Below, in pieces: positions 28,173 to 37,953 of a stretch of DNA of 64,000 nt (its first letter is position 1; the number at the start of each line of letters is the position of its first letter). The stretch is taken from NCBI GenBank assembly GCA_045630905.1, contig JAZQTT010000013.1:2192-66191 (forward strand). Reading direction: 5' to 3'. The position numbers and the translations under genes are program-made. Below the pieces are notes generated by a model that searched no databases, was not told the DNA's origin, and saw nothing but the letters and a program-made list of their open reading frames with translations. This stretch comes from Candidatus Nanosyncoccus sp. GTDB lineage: Bacteria; Patescibacteriota; Saccharimonadia; Saccharimonadales; Saccharimonadaceae.

Positions 28173-29753
28173 ATGGATGATAAAACGGGAGGGACCCCTA
28201 ATCCTCTGAATCCGGCTACGCCGGGTACAGCACCAAGCGCCGTGCCTAAGCCAGCCGCAAGTGCAATGCCAAACATTGCACCAAAACCAATAGCAAGATC
28301 AGCTGGTAGAACAGTCAGAACTGTTAGGCCGGCTAGACCAATTAGACCAGCTGTAAGAACTGCTCCGTCATCAACTGCTGCTCCAGTGCCAGAAACAGAT
28401 ATTGAGATCTCTGCAATGGAGACTGAAGAATTACAGCCAAATGGAGACACGGCAGTATTATCAGAATCCTTAGTTGAGTCACTTGACCCAAATGGTCGCA
28501 CTATGGAACAAAGCTCAGGTGAAACAACAGAAAAAAAGAAATCTAAAAAAGGTTTAATTGCTTTAATTATTGCTCTGATATTAGTAATTGGTGGTGGTAT
28601 AGCGGCAGTTATCATCGTAATGAATCTAAATAGACCAAATGCAGTAGCCGCGGCAATGCAAAAAATTATGAGCGGCAATGCTCCTTCAAATGTTGCAATT
28701 GATGGCGATATTGATCTTCATATTAATGATGAAAATTCACCAATTTCTAGAATAAACATAGATCTTGATTCTGATATTACTTTTGGATCAATGATCAATA
28801 CTTCTTCTGCAGTATTAACTATTACAACGTCAGACCAAAAAGACTATTCAATAGAATTTGAAGAGTTATATTCAGCAAATGGTGATTTATTCTTTAAGAT
28901 AAGCGATCCAGGAAAAGCCTTGTCTAATTCTAATTTGTTGGAACTTCTGGTTGATAGCTTTTCTTCTGGAACCACGCAGACTAATTGTGATGAAAATGGC
29001 GTAAACTGTGAACCAGTCCCAGTAGATTGTAAGACTGAAGATGGCTGTGATGCAACTAAGCTTGAAGATATTACGGCTGAAATAGAGCCAAATACCGGTG
29101 ACGATGTACCCGAATCAACAAGTGCGGTGGTCACAGGATTGATTAGTTTAATTGATGCGAATGACGGATTAATGATTAGAATCTCAACTGATGAGCTATC
29201 TAACACTGTTAATAGCACGGAATCACAAAACAGTGCTGGCTGTATAGCAAATCTAGTTTCTGACTTAAATAAAAATACTGCTAGTGCAGCTGATTTGTAC
29301 GGTAAATATCCATTTATTACCGCAACGACCGACAATGTTTTAATTCAGAAAAAGCAACATACGGTTTACAGAGTTGGAATTAATAATCAAAACTTTGCAA
29401 ATTATGTAAATAATATTTCTAATCCTGATATAGCTGGCGATATATTTGCTTGTCTTAACCTTGAAGACAGTGCAGTAATAACTACGGAGGACGTAGACAA
29501 AATTACATCAAAGATGCCAACTGTCTATGCCGAGGTTAATAATGACAATAATTTCTCACGTCTATATATTGAATCGGATATACCAGGCGGGGTAATGACG
29601 ATGACGGCAGACTTTGAATTTAATTATCCAACTAGCGTAAATGTTTCTGAGCCAGTTGAATATATGGATTTTTCAGAATTGATTGAAAAATTGACAAATA
29701 ACCTCTTCGAGGAAGGTACTACGGTTGAGGTAAACGAAACGCCTACTGAGTAA
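28173..29753 (+). CDS. Hypothetical single-pass membrane protein with Pro/Ala-rich cytoplasmic N-terminus
   Basis: AAGGAG SD before ATG 28173; TM GLIALIIALILVIGGGIAAVIIVM after KKKSKK; large beta-rich extracellular part. Confidence 0.75.
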   Translation: MDDKTGGTPNPLNPATPGTAPSAVPKPAASAMPNIAPKPIARSAGRTVRTVRPARPIRPAVRTAPSSTAAPVPETDIEISAMETEELQPNGDTAVLSESLVESLDPNGRTMEQSSGETTEKKKSKKGLIALIIALILVIGGGIAAVIIVMNLNRPNAVAAAMQKIMSGNAPSNVAIDGDIDLHINDENSPISRINIDLDSDITFGSMINTSSAVLTITTSDQKDYSIEFEELYSANGDLFFKISDPGKALSNSNLLELLVDSFSSGTTQTNCDENGVNCEPVPVDCKTEDGCDATKLEDITAEIEPNTGDDVPESTSAVVTGLISLIDANDGLMIRISTDELSNTVNSTESQNSAGCIANLVSDLNKNTASAADLYGKYPFITATTDNVLIQKKQHTVYRVGINNQNFANYVNNISNPDIAGDIFACLNLEDSAVITTEDVDKITSKMPTVYAEVNNDNNFSRLYIESDIPGGVMTMTADFEFNYPTSVNVSEPVEYMDFSELIEKLTNNLFEEGTTVEVNETPTE

Positions 29754-29797
29754 GAGGTAAAATTGACAATATCGTAGAAGTATGATATAATAGAAAA

Positions 29798-31069
29798 ATG
29801 AATGAGGCACTAAAACAAAAACTTAGTAAACTCCCGGTTTCTCCGGGGGTTTACTTTCATAAAAATAAAGATGGTGAAATAATCTATGTGGGGAAGGCTG
29901 CTGTTTTAAAAAATCGCGTGCGGCAATATTTTCAAAAGTCTAAAAAAGACGCAAAAACTGAGGCTTTAGTAAAAGAGATTACGGATACGGATTGGATTGT
30001 AGTTGATACAGAAATGGATGCATTGTTTTTAGAGTCAGAAATGATTAAAAGATATATGCCAAAATGGAACATATTACTGCGTGACGACAAAACCGTATCA
30101 TATATCAGAATTGATATGAAAAGCCCTATACCATATGTTTCTTTCACCAGAAATCCAGTTGACGATAAAGCGACTTATATTGGGCCTTTTTACGGTAAGC
30201 TAGCAGTTGAAAAAGCGGTGAGAAGTTTGCGCCGGATTTTTCCATACTATACAAAACCTTATACTGGCAAGAAGACTCTTGATACCGACCTAGGGTTGAC
30301 GCCTGGAATTGAGATCGGAAAATGTACCGAAAAAGACTATAAGAGGAATCTAAAAAAGCTAATTAGATATTTAGAGGGTGACCGCGAAAAACTATTAAAA
30401 GAACTTGAAAAAAACATGAAGGACGAGGCTAAAAAAGGAAATTACGAACTAGCAGCGGAAGCGCGAGATCAATTATTTGGTCTAAAAGAATTAAAAAAGA
30501 AAATCGTTTTTTCTGACAAAGAGTTTTTAGATATTTCCTCAGACCAAGCCTTAAAACAGTTACAAGAGCTTTTAAAACTAGATCATCCACCGCGCAGAAT
30601 TGAAGGGTATGATATCTCTCATCAATCTGGCGAGAACGTGGTTGGTAGTATGGTCGTATTCATTAATGGTGCTGCCGCGAGAAATGAATACAGAAAATTT
30701 AAGATTCACACTTCAACTAATGACGATTTAAAGAGCATGCAGGAGGTTATTTCTAGACGCCTTAAACATAAAGAATGGGACTTTCCGGATTTAATTATCT
30801 TAGACGGGGGAATTACGCAGGTTAATGCAATTTTACCATTAGTGGAACCTCATAATATACCAGTAGTTGGTCGCGATAAGTCCGGAAATCACGCGCATAG
30901 CGCAAAAGTAAGACTAGTAATTCTAAATAATTCAGAACAAAAATACGAGATGCTAGAGCTGTCTTCTAGCTCCCATATTTCACGATTGGTTGCACGAATT
31001 GATGAAGAAGCGCACAGATTTGCAATCACCTATCATTCTTTACTGAAAAGAAAAAGTATGCTAAAATAG
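29798..31069 (+). CDS. uvrC: Excinuclease ABC subunit C (short form, no C-terminal HhH)
   Basis: GIY-YIG: PGVYF...IIYVGKA..LKNRVRQYF; RIEGYDISH, PDLIILDGG, DEEAHRFAITYH. Confidence 0.93.
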   Translation: MNEALKQKLSKLPVSPGVYFHKNKDGEIIYVGKAAVLKNRVRQYFQKSKKDAKTEALVKEITDTDWIVVDTEMDALFLESEMIKRYMPKWNILLRDDKTVSYIRIDMKSPIPYVSFTRNPVDDKATYIGPFYGKLAVEKAVRSLRRIFPYYTKPYTGKKTLDTDLGLTPGIEIGKCTEKDYKRNLKKLIRYLEGDREKLLKELEKNMKDEAKKGNYELAAEARDQLFGLKELKKKIVFSDKEFLDISSDQALKQLQELLKLDHPPRRIEGYDISHQSGENVVGSMVVFINGAAARNEYRKFKIHTSTNDDLKSMQEVISRRLKHKEWDFPDLIILDGGITQVNAILPLVEPHNIPVVGRDKSGNHAHSAKVRLVILNNSEQKYEMLELSSSSHISRLVARIDEEAHRFAITYHSLLKRKSMLK

Positions 31070-31087
31070 AATTACATAGGAGTTAAT

Positions 31088-31315
31088 ATGGAAATAGGCA
31101 GTTTTCTAGAAATAGTTGTATTTATCTCAGCAATTCTATCGATACTTTTGATTCTTTTGCAACAACGCGGTGCATCGCTTGGTGCCGGTTTTGGTAGCTC
31201 TGGTGAATTATATACTACTAGAAGAGGACTAGAGAAGTCGATGTTTATAGCGACAATTGTATTTGTCGTAATTTTCGTTTTATCAATTTTAGGATTATTA
31301 TTAATTCCATCTTAA
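31088..31315 (+). CDS. secG: Preprotein translocase subunit SecG
   Basis: Two TMs flanking ILLQQRGASLGAGFG...RRGLEK. Confidence 0.92.
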   Translation: MEIGSFLEIVVFISAILSILLILLQQRGASLGAGFGSSGELYTTRRGLEKSMFIATIVFVVIFVLSILGLLLIPS

Positions 31316-31321
31316 AGATAT

Positions 31322-33058
31322 ATGAAAAAGAAATTAAAAAAGAGTGGGCAAAAATTTCTCAAGAAGTTTTCGAAAGCTTCTATTAAAGCTGGCGAAGAGG
31401 GGAAAGAGCACATTAAAGAAAACTTATTTGAACGTTTTTCTCACGTTTCAGATATTAAGCTACTCATCTTAGAATGGGGACTTTTGGTTGTGGCATTAAT
31501 CTTGCTCGCCGTAACGCAGGCTTTTTGGTTTGGCGATTCTTATGCGGAAGATGTTTTTGTGAGTGGCGGTACTTATACAGAAGCAACCTTAGGAGAGGTT
31601 AAGTCTATGAATCCGCTTTTTGCCACAACGAATAGTGAAAAAGTATTGAGCAGATTGTTATTTGCTACAATTTCAACAACTGATTATTCTGGTCACGCCG
31701 GAATTGGTTTAGCGCAATCTATTCTGTCTAGCGAGGATAATAAAACATGGACTATAAAACTAAGAGATGATCTAAAATGGTCAGACGGCGAGCCTATTAC
31801 TAATGAAGATGTAATGTTTACGATTGGTTTAATTAAAAACCCATTAGTAAACTCAGTTTATGATGCTAGTTTGATTAATATAAAAGTTGCCGAGAATGAA
31901 AACGGTGAGATCGTTTTTAATTTGCCGGTAGCCTTTTCAGATTTTAGTTCAGCTCTCAATATTCCAATATTGCCAAAACACATACTTGGCAATTCCGATC
32001 CTAAAACTCTAATTGAAGATAATTTCTCAAAATCCCCAGTAACTTCAGGGGCGTTCTCGTTTAATGCAACTCAGTCCGGCGCAAATAATACAGAGCAAGT
32101 TTATTACCTTTCGGCCAATCCTTATTATTATAAAGGTAAGCCACTCCTTAATAGCTTTGCAGTCCATACTTACACAAATTTAGACGACATCGTTACGGCG
32201 ATTAATACCGGTGCGGTAACAGCTACAGCAGAATTGTCTGGGCTCGATGCCGAAGAGATAAGAGCTGGGCAGTTTTATCAGAAGAATTCAAGTCTGAATT
32301 CTGGAGCGTTTCTTTTCTTTAATCTAAGCAGTGAAACGCTGAAAAATATTGAAATTAGGCGAGCAATTAGACAGGGGCTTAATCTAGAAAAAATCCGAGA
32401 AGTAGTGCCGGAAACTATGCCGGTTGATTATCCAATTTTATCATCACAGATTAAACTAAATAATTATCCAGAAATTGCAGCACAAGATTTTGAAGCGGCA
32501 AAAACCAAAATTGCAGAACTAACCAATAACGAGGCTAAGCACATAGAAATTGTAACTGTAAACTCTGGATATCTACCAAACGTTGCAAATACTATTGCAG
32601 ATGAGTTAAATGGGCTTGGGTTTGATACGAATGTTACAAGTTATGATGAAAACCAAGAATTTATTACTAATATCATTTCTAAAAGAAGTTATGATATCCT
32701 AGTTTATGAAATTGAGATGGGTGGGGAACCAGATCCGTTGCCTTATTATCACTCTTCGCAAGCTAGCGCTTCTGGACTTAATCTCTCTTATTATCGCAAT
32801 TCTTTAGTTGATGATCTTCTTCTAGGGGCTCGCGATGCAACTAATGATGAACTTAGGGCAAAGAAATACGAATCGTTCTTAGAATACTGGGTAAAAGATG
32901 CACCAGCGATTGGATTGTATCAACCTAATCTTACGTATTTCTATAATAAAAATGTGCGAACATTCAGCAATGATGTAAAGCTAATTACAGCATTAGATAG
33001 GTTCACTGATATCGACGAATGGGCCGCGGTTAAAGAGACGAAAAATAAAACCCCTTAA
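31322..33058 (+). CDS. Peptide/nickel-type ABC transporter substrate-binding protein (family 5), membrane anchored
   Basis: LNP-like MNPLFA, WTIKLRDDLKWSDGEPITNEDVMFT, IRRAI, YHSSQ, DAPAIGLY. Confidence 0.88.
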   Translation: MKKKLKKSGQKFLKKFSKASIKAGEEGKEHIKENLFERFSHVSDIKLLILEWGLLVVALILLAVTQAFWFGDSYAEDVFVSGGTYTEATLGEVKSMNPLFATTNSEKVLSRLLFATISTTDYSGHAGIGLAQSILSSEDNKTWTIKLRDDLKWSDGEPITNEDVMFTIGLIKNPLVNSVYDASLINIKVAENENGEIVFNLPVAFSDFSSALNIPILPKHILGNSDPKTLIEDNFSKSPVTSGAFSFNATQSGANNTEQVYYLSANPYYYKGKPLLNSFAVHTYTNLDDIVTAINTGAVTATAELSGLDAEEIRAGQFYQKNSSLNSGAFLFFNLSSETLKNIEIRRAIRQGLNLEKIREVVPETMPVDYPILSSQIKLNNYPEIAAQDFEAAKTKIAELTNNEAKHIEIVTVNSGYLPNVANTIADELNGLGFDTNVTSYDENQEFITNIISKRSYDILVYEIEMGGEPDPLPYYHSSQASASGLNLSYYRNSLVDDLLLGARDATNDELRAKKYESFLEYWVKDAPAIGLYQPNLTYFYNKNVRTFSNDVKLITALDRFTDIDEWAAVKETKNKTP

Positions 33059-33079
33059 GTTTCGTGTTATAATAAGTCT

Positions 33080-35098
33080 GTGAATAAATTTGAACTAGTT
33101 TCTAAATATAAACCAACAGGAGACCAGCCGAAAGCAATCAAAAAACTCACGGATGGTATTCTTTCTGGTGTTCACGAACAAACATTACTTGGTGTGACGG
33201 GTTCTGGCAAAACCTTTACGATGGCAAATATTATCCAAAACGTCCAAAAGCCAACCCTTATCTTAGCACACAATAAAACCTTAGCGGCGCAATTATACTC
33301 TGAATTTAGAGAGTTTTTTCCAAAGAATGAAGTTCACTATTTTGTTTCATATTTTGATTACTATCAGCCAGAAGCCTACATTGCTTCGACAGATACCTAC
33401 ATAGAAAAAGACTCAGCTATAAATGATGAAATAGACCGCTTAAGGCATGGTGCAACGGAAGCACTACTAACGCGTAAAGACGTAATCGTGGTAGCTTCAG
33501 TGTCTTGTATCTACGGTATTGGTTCACCTAGCCACTATACAGAAATGTCACTACCGATATGGCGAACAGAAAAAGGCTGGACCGTAAGTAAAGAAAAGGG
33601 TTCTAATTTAGAACTTATTTCCCAAGACACTTTTATCCGGCGGCTTGTAGATATGCAATACCATAGGAATGATCTTGCTTTTGAGCGTGGTAATTTTAGG
33701 GTAATGGGAGACACTATTGACTTATATCCAGCAAATGGGGAGTTTGCTTATAGATTTGAATTTGGATTTGAAACGCTAGAAGATGTAAAAATTGTTGATC
33801 CGCTAACTTTTGAGGTGCGTGAAAAACCAGATCATGTACATATCTTTCCAAATACCCATTATGCTACGCCAATGGATCAGTTAGAAAAGGCTTTGGTTTC
33901 TATTAGGGCGGAGTTTGATGAGAGATTGAAATGTTTTGAAAAGCATCAAAAGTTCCTTGAAGCACAAAGACTTAGCCAAAGGACAAAATATGACCTTGAA
34001 ATGTTAAAAGAAACCGGTTTTGTAAAGGGGATTGAGAACTATTCAAGACACCTTGATGGTAGAAAACCAGGAGAACCACCTTCCACACTACTAGATTTCT
34101 TCCCAGATGATTTTCTGTTAATCGTTGATGAGTCGCATATGACATTGCCGCAAGTGCGCGGAATGTATAATGGTGACCACGCTAGAAAAACTACGTTAGT
34201 TGATTTTGGTTTTAGACTACCTAGCGCGCTAGACAACCGTCCACTTACTTATGGTGAGTTTCAAAAACGCATCAACCAAGCAATTTACGTTTCTGCTACA
34301 CCTGGTGAGTATGAATTAGAAGTATCACCAGAGCCAGCCGAGCAAGTAATTCGCCCAACCGGCCTACTTGATCCAGAAATTGAAGTGAGAGGAAGCGATG
34401 GGCAAATTGATGATTTAATGGAAGAAATTGATCGCCGCATAGCTAAAGGCCAAAGAACCATAATTACTACTTTAACTAAACGTATGGCCGAGGATTTAAC
34501 CGATCACCTAAAAGAACGTGGCGTAAAGACCGCCTACATTCATTCCGATATAGATACGTTAGAAAGAGGCGATATTTTACGCGATCTAAGAGCCGGAGTA
34601 TATGATGTTCTGGTGGGCATTAATCTTCTTCGTGAAGGACTAGATCTGCCAGAAGTATCGTTAGTGGCGATCCTAGATGCAGACAAAGAAGGGTTTTTAA
34701 GAAGTGAATCTGCTCTAATCCAGACTATAGGGCGCGCGGCAAGACATGAAGAAGGCAAAGTTATTATGTATGCCAATAATATTACTGAGAGCATGGAAAA
34801 AGCAATTTCTGAAACCAACCGTAGGCGCGAAATTCAGAAAGAATACAATGAAAAACACAATATCACGCCGCATACAGTCCAAAAAGAAATTAGTGTAGGC
34901 CTAAGAGCTATTATTCCAGAAAAAGAAAAAGTTGATAAGTTAGATATTAAACGAATTCCAAAAGATGAACTGCCAGCATTGATTAAATCTCTATCGTCCG
35001 AGATGCAACTTTCCGCAGCAAACTTGGAGTTTGAACGTGCAGCATTGCTTAGAGATGAGATTGAAAAGATCAAAGACTTTATAGCGGGGAAAAAATAG
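33080..35098 (+). CDS. uvrB: Excinuclease ABC subunit B
   Basis: [61 protein letters not shown]. Confidence 0.98.
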   Translation: MNKFELVSKYKPTGDQPKAIKKLTDGILSGVHEQTLLGVTGSGKTFTMANIIQNVQKPTLILAHNKTLAAQLYSEFREFFPKNEVHYFVSYFDYYQPEAYIASTDTYIEKDSAINDEIDRLRHGATEALLTRKDVIVVASVSCIYGIGSPSHYTEMSLPIWRTEKGWTVSKEKGSNLELISQDTFIRRLVDMQYHRNDLAFERGNFRVMGDTIDLYPANGEFAYRFEFGFETLEDVKIVDPLTFEVREKPDHVHIFPNTHYATPMDQLEKALVSIRAEFDERLKCFEKHQKFLEAQRLSQRTKYDLEMLKETGFVKGIENYSRHLDGRKPGEPPSTLLDFFPDDFLLIVDESHMTLPQVRGMYNGDHARKTTLVDFGFRLPSALDNRPLTYGEFQKRINQAIYVSATPGEYELEVSPEPAEQVIRPTGLLDPEIEVRGSDGQIDDLMEEIDRRIAKGQRTIITTLTKRMAEDLTDHLKERGVKTAYIHSDIDTLERGDILRDLRAGVYDVLVGINLLREGLDLPEVSLVAILDADKEGFLRSESALIQTIGRAARHEEGKVIMYANNITESMEKAISETNRRREIQKEYNEKHNITPHTVQKEISVGLRAIIPEKEKVDKLDIKRIPKDELPALIKSLSSEMQLSAANLEFERAALLRDEIEKIKDFIAGKK

Positions 35099-35145
35099 GT
35101 AAAACTGTTATATTGTTGTTAATGGTTATGGTATAATATATTTAT

Positions 35146-36075
35146 ATGCGTGGGCGAGTTGATTTTGAAATGATTGAAAAGATACGGGCAAGAATTATGA
35201 TGGCCGATTATCTTTCAGTAGCTCAACTCTTCTTAAAGGATAATTTCTTTTTAGAAAGACCATTAGAATTTGATGATATTAAGCCACGGCTTTTAGGGCA
35301 CTGGGGAACATGTCACGGAATTAATGTTGCGTATGCAAATCTTAAAAACCACTTTTTAAATGATCCAGAGTTTAAATTTGTGCTTGGGCCAGGCCATGGT
35401 TTTCCTGCACTTCAGGCAAATCTATTTTTAGACGGTGAGTTAGAAAAAGTAGACGCTAAAGCTACGCGGGATCGTTCTGGTGTAGAGTATATCTGCCGAG
35501 AGTTTTCTTGGCCAGATGGTTTTCCATCACACGCTAGCCCAATAACCCCAGGTATAATTACTGAGGGAGGAGAGCTTGGTTATGCTCTTGCTAATGCATA
35601 CGGGATGTGTCTGGGTCATCCAGAAAAAACCATTGCAGTTTTAATCGGCGACGGAGAATTAGAGACGGCGACGGCGCTAGACTCTTTAAATTTAAACGGT
35701 TTGCTTAGTGGCAATAATAATGGTACAGTACTTCCGATTCTACATTTAAATGGTTACAAGATTTCCGCGCCCTCAATTTATGCAAGAAAATCTGAAAGGG
35801 AATTAAATGAGTTGATACGCGGGTTTGGTTTTACTCCAATTGAGATTAATGGCGAGAATACAGAGGAATTTCAGGAGATATTGAACCAAGAAATTGACGC
35901 ACCATTTTATATTCTAAAGACCGAAAAAGGTTTTGGTGGTCCAAATCGTCATCAGGAATCACATCAAATTCCTCTTAAGAATCCTAAAACTAGTGAAGAA
36001 GAATTAAGGGCCCTAGAAGATTGGCTATTATCTTATGGTTTTAACCGGCTTTTTAAGGAGGTGAACAATGATTGA
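35146..36075 (+). CDS. xfp: Phosphoketolase, N-terminal (ThDP-binding) half
   Basis: RLLGHWGT, VLGPGHG, FSWPDGFPSH, EGGELGYAL, IGDGELET, LPILHLNGYKIS. Confidence 0.9.
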   Translation: MRGRVDFEMIEKIRARIMMADYLSVAQLFLKDNFFLERPLEFDDIKPRLLGHWGTCHGINVAYANLKNHFLNDPEFKFVLGPGHGFPALQANLFLDGELEKVDAKATRDRSGVEYICREFSWPDGFPSHASPITPGIITEGGELGYALANAYGMCLGHPEKTIAVLIGDGELETATALDSLNLNGLLSGNNNGTVLPILHLNGYKISAPSIYARKSERELNELIRGFGFTPIEINGENTEEFQEILNQEIDAPFYILKTEKGFGGPNRHQESHQIPLKNPKTSEEELRALEDWLLSYGFNRLFKEVNND

Positions 36076-37234
36076 CCGTGTATATAATCCAGGAGCGGAA
36101 AAGTATTCTCCAGCCGAAAAAATCGGAGAACTATTAAAAGGCGTACTTGAAAAAGACCCGAGTTTTTATTTCTTCTCGCCAGATGAAACAACTTCAAATA
36201 AATTTGATGCGGTTTTTGAAGCAGAAAAAAGAGCTTGGGGATTAAAGACGGAGCCATGGGATTTGCCGGAAGATCAGAATGGTAGGATTATTGAAATGCT
36301 ATCTGAAAACACACTATTTTCTGTAATGACTGGACATTTAATGAACAGAGAAAAGGCAATGATGGGGAGCTACGAGGCATTTTTTCCAATCATTACATCA
36401 CAACTTCTCCAACATATGAAGTTTATTAAACAATCTAAAAGGGTAGCTTGGCGCAAATCTTTACCAGCAGTAAACCTACTATCTACTTCAACTTGTTGGC
36501 GACAAGACCATAATGGGTTTACGCATCAATCACCGGCTCTAATATCTACATTACTATCCATACCTTCTAACTTAGCAAACTGTATTTTCCCGATCGATGA
36601 CGTTGCTGCGGAAGAAGCTTTTAAGTTTATGATGAAATCAGAAAATGTTGTAAATTTGACAACATTTAATAAGATTTTAGAGCCTCGTTATATTGACTCA
36701 CATCATGCAGACTTTGAATTTAAAAATGGGGGTGCTTCGATCTATCAATTTATTTCTGACGATGACCCTGATTTTGTGTTTACAGCTTGCGGCGATTTAG
36801 TGGCACATGAGACTATTGAAGCAATAAAGATATTAAAACAGGATTTGCCAGATATTAGAATTAGATTTGTTTACATTAATTCTTTATCGTATCGTGGAAT
36901 TGGTACGACAAATAATAAATTAACTAAGGATAAATTCTTAAAATTATTTACCGCTGATAAACCAATTCTGGCTAACTTCCACGGATACCCGGAAACCTTA
37001 GAAAATATCTTGGAAAACTATACTGAGCGACGCAGGTTAAGAGTTCACGGCTTTAATGAAGAAGGCTCTACTACAACGCCGTTTGAAATGTTAAGAAAAA
37101 ATATGGCATCAAGATATGACCTAGCCACAGACATCGCTAGAGTCCTAAAACAAGAAGATTTAGTAAAGAAATATCAAAGCATCTTAAGAGACAATCACCA
37201 CTATGCAGTGAAAAATGGTGAAGATCTGATATAA
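36068..37234 (+). CDS. xfp: Phosphoketolase, C-terminal half
   Basis: FSPDETTSNK, EMLSEN, SYEAF, WRQDHNGFTHQ, NFHGYP, VHGFNEEGSTTTPFEM; own SD AAGGAGG. Confidence 0.9.
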   Translation: MIDRVYNPGAEKYSPAEKIGELLKGVLEKDPSFYFFSPDETTSNKFDAVFEAEKRAWGLKTEPWDLPEDQNGRIIEMLSENTLFSVMTGHLMNREKAMMGSYEAFFPIITSQLLQHMKFIKQSKRVAWRKSLPAVNLLSTSTCWRQDHNGFTHQSPALISTLLSIPSNLANCIFPIDDVAAEEAFKFMMKSENVVNLTTFNKILEPRYIDSHHADFEFKNGGASIYQFISDDDPDFVFTACGDLVAHETIEAIKILKQDLPDIRIRFVYINSLSYRGIGTTNNKLTKDKFLKLFTADKPILANFHGYPETLENILENYTERRRLRVHGFNEEGSTTTPFEMLRKNMASRYDLATDIARVLKQEDLVKKYQSILRDNHHYAVKNGEDLI

Positions 37235-37258
37235 TAGGGTGCAGAAAAGGAAATATTT

Positions 37259-37948
37259 ATGGAACTCATTATTTTAATTATTTGTTTGATGATTTTTGCG
37301 GAAATTAATTTTTTAGCGATCAAAAAATATAAACCGCTGAAAAATAATAGACGAAAAATCTATGTAGATACTTCAGCTTTAATTGATGGTAAGATAGTAA
37401 ATTTAGCCAGAACCGGATTCTTAAGTGAAGATGTTGTTATTCTAAAAGATGTACTTTTAGAGTTACAGCTTCTTGCGGATAGCAAAGATTCATCAAAAAG
37501 ATCTAGAGCTAGAGTCGGATTAGACGCGGTCTCTGAGTTAGAGCGTGTACCAGAAATAGACGCAAGAATTGTAGATGAAAAAACCGGTCTTAAAAAAGTT
37601 GACGAAATACTACTTAAAGTGGCAAAAGACAATGATGGGGAGATCCTAACCATGGATTATAATCTAATAAAAGTAGCTGAGGCGGAGGGGATAAAAACCC
37701 TTAATATAAATGAGCTACTGCTCGCTCTTAGAACTGAATATAACGTAGGAGATAGATTGACCTTAAAAATTACCGAAAAAGGATCAAATCCTAAACAGGG
37801 AGTTGGACATACCGCAGATGGGATTATGGTGGTAGTAGAAAACGCAAATCGCTATGTTGGAAAAGAAGTTGGAATTGAAATCACTAAATTCCACCAAACC
37901 CCATCAGGACAAATGTTATTTGCTAAGATCGTACGAAAAACTAAGTAA
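37259..37948 (+). CDS. PIN/TRAM-domain protein (YacL-like)
   Basis: VDTSALIDG, VLLELQLLADS, ILTMDYNL, LNINEL, QGVG...DGIMVVVENA, QMLFAK. Confidence 0.88.
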   Translation: MELIILIICLMIFAEINFLAIKKYKPLKNNRRKIYVDTSALIDGKIVNLARTGFLSEDVVILKDVLLELQLLADSKDSSKRSRARVGLDAVSELERVPEIDARIVDEKTGLKKVDEILLKVAKDNDGEILTMDYNLIKVAEAEGIKTLNINELLLALRTEYNVGDRLTLKITEKGSNPKQGVGHTADGIMVVVENANRYVGKEVGIEITKFHQTPSGQMLFAKIVRKTK

Positions 37949-37953
37949 TGATT

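Noticed and set aside
28100-28678. Apparent 193-aa N-terminal extension of enolase
   Set aside because: Antisense shadow of the 28173 gene; a -10 box lies 6 nt before ATG 28099.
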